A stretch of 64,000 nucleotides of DNA from Basidioascus undulatus. Lineage: Eukaryota. A model generated the notes under the pieces. It was not told where the DNA came from. It saw only the letters and a list, made by a program, of their open reading frames with translations, and did no database searches. The position numbers and the translations under genes are program-made. Positions within the stretch are counted from its first letter, which is position 1. Each line of letters opens with the position of its first letter. Positions 12,854-23,686 of the stretch are shown piece by piece. The DNA is taken from positions 1 to 64,000 of the forward strand of contig JTLS01000003.1 of assembly GCA_000826855.1 (NCBI GenBank), given 5' to 3'.

Positions 12854-14043
12854 ATGTTCCGCACACCAGACTCTCGCCACACCTCGTCGTTCATCCCCGA
12901 AGCCATCGAGCGCGTGGTGCGTAACCGTGGAGACATAACACCATCCACCCTGGGAGTACGCCCATGGCCTGGAGAGGAGGAGCTGGAGTACGGGGACGAC
13001 GAGCCTAGTCCTATCTCCGCCGAATATCGTCCACCTCAAGCCAAAAAGCCGCCGCCGTCGTCCACTCCTGGCGAGGCCGCTTCCTGGCTTGCGTGGGTAA
13101 GTTGGTGCAGCAGCATTACCTTGGCTTCACTGTTTAGCTGAGTCGTCGTCCCCTCAATTACAGCGGCCTCTGACTACTTGTGAAACCCGAAGCCACTCCC
13201 CAAAGCCACTCCCTCACACGAGGCACGAAGTTACTGACGATGGCCACGCAGATTTCGCAGACTTACCAGTCGAGATCCTGCCGGCCAAGAAGCTTTCTCC
13301 TCGAGAGTGGAAGCAGCTTCGTACTTTTCAAGAGCTTTGGGTGAAGAGACTGGAAGGCATCGGCTTCGTGGTGAGTGTAGCGTGCTCTTTTCATCGTTCC
13401 CTACTGACCGCAGTCTCCAAGGCGTCTATCCTCACTGCGGCGATCATCACGTTCGTCATGCAAACCATCCAGGCGGTCGAAACTCGAGCGGATGAGACTG
13501 TCAATTCGCTCGGGTTTCTCTCCCTCTGCCTGTCGATCTACTGCACGGCTGTGAGCCTGTTCAGACCTCTCTCATGTTTCTTAACGCATCGCTGACGAAA
13601 GCCAACAGTTCGCCTACCAAGGCCGCGACTGGATCCTGACCGACAGACTGGACAAGCTCGTCGAGTTCGAGCGTCTCGCCTGGCCTGTCATTGAGAGTCT
13701 TCCGATCCTCCTCCATCTCGCGGCCGGCTGCTGGATCCTCGCCGTTCTCATACTGCTTGGCGCGCGCTTCAGCCTGGGCATGCTCTTGCCATCTCTGGTC
13801 GCCACCGCCCTGGGCGCAGTCATTTACGGGTACCTGACGCTGAGACCGTTTCTGCGGCCGGAAGGGTCGGCTACGCGCGAGCTGTGGCAGCAGGGCCGAA
13901 TCCGGTTCGAGGACGACTTCGGCACGCCGCTGTACGAACTGGTTTTCCAGGCCGCGTTCCGGTGGTTGCCGAGTGTCTTATATCCACGTATCGCCGCAAC
14001 ACTAGTACGTGGCAAGAATGAGGGTTCCTTTACCATGGGCTGA
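12854..14043 (+). CDS. Multi-pass membrane protein, DUF6535-like
   Basis: Spliced frame with hydrophobic segments ASILTAAIITFVMQT, VNSLGFLSLCLSIYCTA and IESLPILLHLAAGCWILAVLILLG, resembling the basidiomycete VN.L.FLSL...LP.LLHL pattern; canonical introns. Confidence 0.55.
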
Positions 14044-15158
14044 CGGGTTACATTCTCCGTTGCAGCGCACCCCGGAAGTCTATCCCGCCTTGGCTCGTTA
14101 GAAGGCCTGTGGCAGCTTTGAGACTGTGAAGGCCGGGTATTCTTGATGTTCTTGGGGATGCATTGCAGCTCTCGTCTCATGTGTGCTCTGCTTGTGTCTG
14201 ACTAGGTGTGCATGTGAGCCAAAGCGCAGCCTGTACATATTACCGTCGGCAGAGGTGTGCTGTAAGGTCATGGAGGGAATGAAGATCAGGCATGTCTATA
14301 TGGTCATTAGGGAAACCCAAGGCTGAAATTTAACTTCTAGATGCCGTTGTGGACTTGAGAGCTGCAAAATAGCTATTTCAATGAGAACGACCGCTGGCAA
14401 TCGCGCGTACATCTGGACCTGCCGCGGTTTTCGACAACGGACGTACTTGATGTCTTTTCTACTGTCCTCATTGTTCGGTTTTATGCGTTTACCTGTCGTA
14501 CAGATTTGACAGCAGCTTTCCGGCTGGACGCGCTTGCACTACTGAACCACGACAGAGCGCTGCCTGCGATAGGCAAGTGGCACGACTCCAACCATCTTTT
14601 CTGTAGAGCATTATTTCCAGGACGTCTGTAAGTCTGATGTATCAGTAAATAATGTAATCAGAGGTTGTCGTGGGCACTCCCGGCTGCCTGAAAGAACATG
14701 TAGACAGGCCGCAAGCGCACTGAACATCGGCTGGTGCATTTCACGACTCTTGCTCGCTCTTCCCCAAACAGACAAGATTGGTCCAAATCAACAAGTCCCA
14801 TCCTCTCATGTTGCAAGGGCAATCCTTTCGGGCTCTCAGTTGGATGCATGCCCCCAAGAGGGGGAGCGGCCCGACAGCCTGCACCTGTACTGGTTACAGC
14901 TGCCGCACTGCTTCTCGGATACCAATGAATGCTCGTCACGGACAACATCGTCAACAAGCGCCGCGCCGACAGCCTTTCGAGGCAGCGACCGCCGCTCGGG
15001 TTAAGTAACAGCGAGATGCCTCGTTCTCGGCGCAGGCCTCAGAGGGATATAACAGAAAAAAGGAAGAACGCCTCGGAAAGATGCGGAGTCAGTAGAACGT
15101 TCAAGCCATGCTGTCCAACGCGCCCGCTCCCGTCCACTCCATCTCCCTGGCTGCAAGC

Positions 15159-16420
15159 TCAAGTCGTCTTCGGCGGCGGGTACGCTCCCAGGATGCCGCG
15201 CGTGTACTTGATGAGTTCCTGCGCGTCGAGCGCGATCTGCCCGTGGCCACATCGCACAAGCGCGTCAGTCTCCTCCGTCCATACCTACTCGCGGGAAAAG
15301 AAAAAGCAAGAGAGGGAGGGGATGAGGGGAGAGGTCGAGCGCCGGCGCTGCCCGCTCGCCTTCTGCTTCTCTACGTAGTGCTGCACGTTGGCCCGCGCCT
15401 TCTTGAGGAGGCGGCGACGCTTCTTTTCGAGTTTGGGGCGGCGGGATAGGACTGTGCAAAGGGATCTCAGTGAGGGATGAAGGAAGAGGGGGAGGGGGAG
15501 GGGAGAAGGAAGACGCACGCAGGTCCCTGTCCGCCTGGAACGACTCCGGGTCGTCCGGGCTCGGCTGGAGCTCGGAGGCGATGGTGCCGAGCGACGCGTG
15601 CGCGGCGTCGGCGAGGGTCTGATGAGATATGAGCTTTAGAAAGTGCGAGGAGAGGTGAAGGACGGTCGACGTACGTTGCGCGTCTTGAGCATCTCGCCGA
15701 TCGCGTCGAGGTCCGGCACGTCCGCGCCTGCAATGCCGATGGTGGCTTCCTCGAAGGCTTTGATGCTCGCGTCGCTATTAATTTGGAACGAGCTCGTGAG
15801 AGGCGTGAAAGAGGGAGGGGGAGGTGGAGGGAAAGAACGAAGACGCACAGACGCTGGTCAAACTCCTCGCGCATGAGCTTCATGCGCGCCTCCGAGTCGT
15901 CGAGGATCGCGTTACCCTTGGCCCGGAAGTGCTCCGCGCGCGCGGACGTCTTGTTGGCCTTCTGCTCTGTGGACGGGGGTTGCGGGAGTCAGGGGGCAGA
16001 ACGGAACGGATCGTCAATTGGATGGGGTGAACAGACTCTGGAACGCCTGCGCGAGGGTGCGCATACTGCGACGCGTTCCACCGATAAGAATCACTGAAAA
16101 GGGAGTTCGGAAGGGGTGAAAAAGAGCAAACGTACGTGTCTTCCTCGCCCTCGCTGCCCACAGCCCTGTCGTCCTCCTCGTCGTCATCTTCCTCCTCGCT
16201 CTCGCTCTCCTCCTTCTTCTTGCCCCTCTTCGATCCTCCAGCTTCAGGGGCGCTCTTGCGCCCGGCCGTCGCGGCGGCCTTCCTGGGGGCGTCGGGGCCG
16301 GTGGCGCGGCGAGTGCGGGCTGGTCAGCGGCCCGGGGACGCGTAAGTAAATTGTTTGCAGGTTGCAGTCGGGCTCGTAGGGGAGTGCGCAGCATTTACTC
16401 TCGGTCTTGGCGGGAGGCAT
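15159..16420 (-). CDS. Hypothetical charged, probably coiled-coil protein (multi-exon)
   Basis: MPPAKTE|TRTRRATG...KRGKKKEESESEEEDDDEE, DSEARMKLMREEFDQR, KKRRRLLKKARANVQHYVEKQK|IALDAQELIKYTRGILGAYPPPKTT*; GT-AG introns and coding-like codon bias. Confidence 0.7.
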
Positions 16421-16619
16421 GACTTATGTATTGGAAATGTGATGTATGAAAGTGTGTTTTATGGCAATAGTCGGGGAGTGGATGGTGGTTGTCCGAGGTC
16501 AACCCGGGGGGATTCGAACGCGTCGAGGACGCGCGCCGGCCGCAATTACTTTGGACGCGTCTTGCCCTCCTCCCACGCCCACCCTTTCTTCCACTCACTC
16601 AACGCCATACTCACCAGTG
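16421..16619. promoter_or_regulatory. Approx. 200-bp bidirectional promoter with MCB-like boxes
   Basis: Lies between divergent ATGs at 16420(-) and 16620(+); ACGCGT at 16518-16523 and 16555-16560, ACGCGC at 16529-16534. Confidence 0.5.
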
Positions 16620-19600
16620 ATGGAATTAAACGGTCTTCTCGATGGTGACGACACGCTCGACGCGCAGCAGTCTGCCGCGGGCGACGGTGGTGCGCTGAAG
16701 GGTAATGGGCTGCTGGAGGAGGATGAGCAGATGGAGGACGCGTCGGCCAGTGAGCCTGATCTTTCGCTCTCAGCTTGGATGACATCCGGCGAACTGCGCT
16801 CCTTACACGGGATGGATCGCTTTGAGACGCAGGTTCTGGAGCTGGCGGAGCGCTGGAGTCGAATGGCCTGCTCGACGAGCTCGACGATCCAGCAGCACCG
16901 GCGCCTGCTCCTGCCGTAGCCTCGATACCTCAACCTGCTTCCAGTGCGCCCTTTCCCGTTCCGGGCTCCACAGAATTGTTTTATAAACCTCCCGCGTCTG
17001 CTTTCTTTTCAGACGACTTCTCCTGCAACGGCCTCCTGGACGAGCCCGAACCCGCAGCCGGTACCTCGACCTCTTCCGCCGCTCCCTCTCTCCCCACCAC
17101 GTCTTCAACAGCCTTCGCATCCAACGGCTTGCTGGATGAAGAGCCATCGGACGATACGTCGAGCGCGCTCGCGGCGCTTCTCGACGCTGAAGCAGCGGGC
17201 GAACTGCGGTCCAATGGACTGCTGGACGAGCCGGGCCTTTCGAGGCTGTCGCGTGCGTGTTCATCCCTGTCTTGCTGCGTAGACGATAGAGCCTTACATG
17301 GTCGGGTGGGCAGCCTCGCCGTTTGCGTCCAATGGGCTCCTCGATTCCCCAAGCGACGCTCGGCGTCTTTCACGTCAGTCCCTCGCTCGACAATTGAACG
17401 CCCTGACCGAAACACTCAAGCCTGCTTCCTCAGCTTCCCCTCCGTCCGCCCCACGCACCTCCACCCACGCCGCCAGCTCCTCCACCTCCCTCTTCCACTT
17501 CGCCGTCCCCTCCACCTCCCCTCTTGCCTCCGGGACGATTCCCCTTGGCGCCGCGACCGGCAAGTCCTTCTCGGGTACGATGCTGCGCTTCGAGCGGCGG
17601 AAGAAGCTCGACGCGCTGCGGCAGGTCCGTTCGCTCCTCAACCATTTTCGCTGCTGGGGAATACCAGTCGCTGAACGACCTGCCGACAACAGAAAGCCTC
17701 CGCGTACGAGCAATCCGCCTCAGCGCGGGTGTCTTTGCTCGAGACGCCCATACACCGCCTGCTCGAAGAGCTCGAGTCCGAGCGCGCACTCGCCCCCGAA
17801 CGGTACGCTTTGCCAAAGCCCCCTTCGTGCCCCTCTTCCCCAGCGTCCTCACGCTACAACGCGTCAGACTCGCGGCCAACCTGCCGTCCAAGCCGCGGAC
17901 GCAGCAGACGCAGCTGTGGGTGGATCAATACCGCCCAAAGAAGTTCACGGATCTCCTGGGGGATGAGGTTGGCCTCCCTTCTTCCCGCTTAGGCTAGAAA
18001 AGGACGATCAGACGCTGATATGGGGAGGCGGGCAGCGCGTACACCGCGAGACGATGGCGTGGCTGAAGGAGTGGGACCAGTGCGTGTTCAAGCGCTGGCC
18101 GGCTAAGGCGAAGCGGCAGAGAGACGATAAGGAGAACTTTGTGAGCCCCTCCTCATTTCTGCATCCTCATGCCAGCTGGAGCGTTATTGAAACTCCCACG
18201 CACAGGTCTACCGCGACCCAATGGGACTGGGCCGACCGCAAGAACGGGTGAGTGCTCTCGACGTGCAGCACAGCGGCGGTAGGAGCTGAAACGGGGTGTG
18301 ATGGTGGCGGCAGATCATGCTCGTCTCCGGCCCACCCGGCCTAGGCAAGACGACCTTGACGCACATCGTGGCGCGGCACGCGGGCTACCGAGTCTTCGAA
18401 GTGAACGCCTCGTTCGTGTGCCCTTTCTTCCCTTTCCTTCCTCCATCCTGCCGCCGCCCGCTGACGATAGGCTGGTGGTACAAGGGACGACCGCTCGGGC
18501 AAGTCGGTCGAGGACCGCGTGCGGACGGCGCTCGAGACGGCGAGTATCACGCAGGAGGGCACGACGGACACGAGGCCGACGCTCATTGTCATTGATGAGA
18601 TCGATGGCGCGAGTGGAGGGGAAGGCGGCGGGGTGAGCGATGGGTTTCCAGAAGACGGCGGAGCGAAATTGCTGATGCGTTGAGGGACAGAGCTTCATCC
18701 GACAACTCCTCAAGCTCATCCAGGACGTTCCGGCGAAGAAACGTCAGTCGGCGTCACCGAATTTCTGGCTCCCCTGTCCATTTCACTCACCGCAGGACGT
18801 GATCCTCATACAGGCATAAACGGCACCAAATCCGAAGCAAAAGCGCTCCTCCGCCCGATCATCTGCATCTGCAACGACCTGTTCGTCTTTCCCTCCCTGC
18901 CATCCCATTCCGGCTGCCATTGCCCGGCTCACCCGCTCTTGCCCCTGGCAGGTACGCGCCCTCGCTCCGACCGCTCCGCTCCGTCGCGCGCCTCGTCCGG
19001 TTCAAGAAACCGCCCACGGCGGCGCTTGTCGCGCGCTTGCGCGAGGTGTGCGCACAGGAGCGCCTCGCAGCGGACACGCGCAGCTTGAGCCTTCTCGCGG
19101 AGGTGACGGGCGGGGATATCAGGAGCTGCTTGAACACTCTGCAGGTGGGTGTCCTGTTCCTATCCATCAGATCCTCTTATTTTAGGTTTCTGACGACCGT
19201 TGGATGGATCACGAGCAGTTCATCAAGTCCAAGTCCGACTCCGTCACCGAGGCGTCTCTCCGCGCCGCGGCGGTCGGGAGCAAGGACTCGGGCTCGTCCG
19301 TCCACGTCGTGTGGGACCGCCTGTTCCGTCCGCCGGGGAAGAAGGACAAGAAGACGATCGGGCTCGGGGAGAACGCGAAGAAGGACGCCGAGGACGGCAA
19401 GTTCGTGTCCCGCCTCGTGCACGAGCTCGTTTCCTGCGGGGAGTACGACAAGGTCTCGCAAGGTCCGTTGCCGTTTTTCCGCCCTGTCCTGGGCCCAGGC
19501 GAAGCTGGATGCTAAACGCGCGATGTTGTGGGGCACAGGCTGTTTTGAGCACTATCCGAGCCTGCGCGCGACGGACGCAGGGTGGACGAAGTACGTCGCG

Positions 19601-20927
19601 GCGCACGACTGGCTCGCGTTCACCGACCGCCTATCGAGCGCCGCGTACGCGGAGCGGGAATATGAGATGCTCGGGTACATGCCATACTCGCTCGTGTCGT
19701 GGTACCATTTCTTCAACAGCGTGTCAAACACGGTGGTCGCGTACCCGAATACGGACTATGAGGTGCGTCTTTCTTCATTGATACCCTTGGCGTACGTTGC
19801 CTGATAGCTAGCGCCTCTCGGCGTCTCCGCAACAGAGCTACCTCAAGCGCCAGACGAACGAGGAGATCGCCGGCCAGCTCCGGCAGGCGCTCCCCCCGAC
19901 GCTGAGCTCCGCCTTCAACCGAACGACCGTCTGCACCGAGCTCGCGCCGCTACTCATGCGCATCGTGTCGGCCAACCTCAAGCCCGTGCGTGGTAGCTTC
20001 CCAGGCTCAACGTTGAGACTTTCTGGCGATGCTGACTGCAGCTGTTGGAATGACAGGTCAACCAGCAAGTGGTGAAGCCCGAGGAGAAGGCTGCGCTCGT
20101 GCACGTCGTGGACGTTATGCTCGCGCTCAAGCTTGCATTCGTTCAGGACAAAGGAGAAGATGGGCAGATCGTGTACCGCCTCGAGCCGTGCGTGGCTGAC
20201 CCGCTCGCTATCAGGCTTGAGCTCCCCCGGCTAATTGGATACCTGTTTGCCAGGCCAATCGACGTCTTCGTCCACTACGAAGGCAAGCGCGCAGCGGACA
20301 TCGCTGTCTCGCGGTATGCCGTCCGGCACCTGGTCGCTCGCGAGGTATACGATGGTTCGGCCGGTCGTCGAGTCCCGCAGGGAACTGACTGCTCTTCCGA
20401 ACGCGACCCCAGATGGATGCCGAATTGATCCGCCGGCAGGAGAAATCTGGCGGGGGCCCGGCGAAGGACTCGGCTGCAGCGATCAAGGCGAAAGCGTGCA
20501 CTGCTCGCGATCATCTTCAGCAAAGACTGCCACGCTGACATCTCCATCCACCCCTGCAGCAAACCTGCGGAGAAGGTCGAAGCGACCGAAAGGGTGCGTC
20601 TTCACTCCAAGCTGGTCAACGAGTGTCTAGCGAGCTTTACTGACATGGCATGCGCAGCCCCCGACCGACTTCTTTGGCCGTCTCATTGTGCCCAAGGCCG
20701 CGCCCGGCGACTCGTCGGCATCTATCACGGCTGGCTCCGATTCAGCAGTAGCCGGTACGCCTTATCGTTGCCTTGGATTTGCACATCCACTATGCTGATA
20801 ACTGTACTATATGTCGGGGGCTGCAGGCGCGCCGCCTCCTGCCAAGAAGTTCCGCGCATTCTACAAGTACCACGAAGGATTTTCGAACGCTGTCCGAAGG
20901 CCTGTCAAGATGTCCACGTTGCTCTGA
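16620..20927 (+). CDS. CTF18: Chromosome transmission fidelity protein 18 (RFC1-like clamp-loader subunit)
   Basis: [93 protein letters not shown] and terminal [19 protein letters not shown]. Confidence 0.95.
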
Positions 20928-23686
20928 TCTTACCATGCTGATGCGTTCATACATGGGTTTAAATGCTTTGCAGCTGTGTGCCGACGAAGGACATGCAGTC
21001 TAGAGTTGCTGCCACGGGCATGCTGCAGGCTGCTGTCGGCTGAAAGTTACAGTTTTTCGCGGCTGCGGTTAGGTACCTTCTTTCAGGCAGCCTGTCTGCT
21101 GCGCACCAATCTCTAGCTGCCAGTGAAGACGATGATGCGCTTTAACGGAACGGTCTTTAATTCTGCCAGTGCACTCGGTATCTGTTCAAGCTGCCCCTGC
21201 GCCTTGCAGAGTCGAAGGCAGCACAACGCGGCGGGACCGTGATTGCTCTCATGGCGTTGCAGCACTTGCCACATCCGCGTGTATGCCATGTCTGTCACCT
21301 TTGCCACGATTTGCCACATGGCTGCATGAGGCTGAGAAACTTAAGGGAGTTGACGAGGTTTTGTTCGCCCACGTGGATGCGCCACGCACAAGCCACAGCG
21401 CAGGCGGCACAGGCAGCAGTCAGTAAGAGCTCTCGACTGCGGCTGTATCGCAGCTCGGTTGCGCGTGGTGTTGCCTTTCTTGTGAAAGCCGCTGGAGTAC
21501 GGATCCAAATCAGATTCTCCCAGTCTGGGCGCATCGACCTGCTGCCGGGGTGCCACGATTCAGGCCAGGCCTTGGAACTCACAAATTTTCGCAGCTGTAA
21601 TAGAGATCACAGTCAATGATGGGATCTGCAACATGAATTGGTAAATAGCCTGGCAGTGCTGCAAGGGACGGCGCAACTTCTCACTGTCAAACTCAGAAAC
21701 ATTGCTCGCCTATCTCTTGCAACTCCAGTTCATCATTAGAGGAGAAGGACTTTCGAGGTATAGAATAGGGAGTATGCATTAAAAGTGCTCTGTAATGTCG
21801 GTATGTCGCCTAAGAATCTGCCAGAATCTGTTACAGTAGCAGCTTCAGCGCGAACCGATGCACGAAGTTTCACTCGGTTCTGCAGGCAGCGGTCGAAGGG
21901 CAACTCCATGATGCCCATGCTGGGCGCTCACTTGCAGAATCCTGAGCATATGTTCATTTCTGCTGTTCTGCTGACATTCTGTTCGTCAGACGAAGAGTAA
22001 GCAGTGTGTCCTGTACCCTCCCTCGGGCCAGCGACTGTTGTGTCATGACGGTTCAGCAGTATATCTACCGTACTCCCCATTTCTCACTCTTCCAAAGAAA
22101 ACTTGTGTGTAACATGTTCAGTCGATAAGAAGTCGTAAAAACGGCTAGTAACACCTGTGTTTCGACTAATTGCAGCGCCTTCCGGACGTCCGCAATTAGC
22201 AAAGCCTGATTCACATTTGCAATCGCAAGATGTGATCTTTGGGAGAGTAAACGGAGATTGTGGAGCTGTTTGCAGGATATTCACCCCAAGCGCTGTGCCC
22301 ACGTCGACGTTGAAGTTGCCGAACGACAGCTGGCCCTTCGAGCTGAACTGGAAAGCAAAAGCAGGAGGCGTCAGCCAAGCAGCGAGAGTGCTCACACAAC
22401 CTCGCGCAATAGAACTGACAAGAGGGAGACAAAAGCTTCAGATAGCTGAACCCGCGACAGAGGATTTGCGCAGCGCAACTAGAAACTCACCGAACCGAGG
22501 GAGGAGTACCTTGCAGATCTGTCAAGCCGATGATCGCTCAGCCGGCGGGAGCTGATGATGATCCCAGGCGGGTTCCTTCGATCAATGCCATTATCGTCTC
22601 CGGAAGTACTTCTGTTACCCGACGACGGAAAGTATTCGGTTGAGGTTGGAGGAGGTGTCCTCCTCTGGCGTTGAGGGCCTGAGGCTCGCGGCATCGACAA
22701 GCAGTCTTGGCTGGCACCAGTTCCTGCAGAGTCCCGCTCTCGAAAGCCCCCAACATCGGCGTCGTCCGCATTATCTTTATAGTTTCAGAGTCTCGGGCGC
22801 TGCTGATAATATGGCGAGCACGCGGGCGACACACGATGAGGCTGACAGAGTGATACTATTAGTGATACCGCCGGCTGACGAGTCTGAAGGAGTCTTGACC
22901 GGCCGGCCGTTGTCCGCATGCAGATCATGCGCGATGGCAACGGCAAGGGCACTGTTGGAGCAGGAGCCGTATCTCGGCCGGCGCTATTGTGTAAACACCA
23001 TCCTGGTCGGAGCAAGACGGAACGGTCCTTCATCTGGCGGAGTCGGGCCATACCCTGCAGCTTGCTACAACATCACGCCAATGTCCGTTGAAAGTGCTTC
23101 ATGTGAGGCATCGATATTCGGCCGTATGCACGCCCAGAAAGCTATCGCAAATGTCCGGTATGATAGGCGGAGAAAGGCGATCAACACTCGTCAGACCAAT
23201 CAAGCCCCAGAAGACTCGAAGAGAGCTTTCAGAGCTGTTCTCGCTGTGCACTGTACTGCCGATGACGACCACCTTCTTTTCAAGCCAGCGCCGCACCTCC
23301 AGAGAATGGAATGATGCGGTGCAATGAGCTGTTGGCAACAACTTGTACTTTTGACAGGCACTTGCGCCAGACAAGTCCAACGAGCACGCAGGCAGTCTTG
23401 CACACTGCAGGCGCCGCAAATATAAGACAACAGATGACTGCGTTCAACATGCCTAAGAAGTGATGTGACAGAAGCGACGGGAAAATGGGAAGATGCGATG
23501 CGAGGGACAGAATTAAGAGAAAGCATAGGAATGAGGGTAACAAATGAGGCATGCAGCGGAATGACAGATGGATGGGCAGGGCAGCAAAAGTGAAGAAACG
23601 GGCGCATCAAGCGCAAACGAGTGACTGGGAGGAAGAGGGCAGGCAGGGAGGGAAGAGGAAGGGGAAGAGTCCAGGAGAGTGCGGGC

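Noticed and set aside
21000..23400. Several 70-220 aa ORFs between CTF18 and the TEA gene
   Set aside because: No recognisable motifs or consistent exon structure; possibly decayed sequence, but not supportable.
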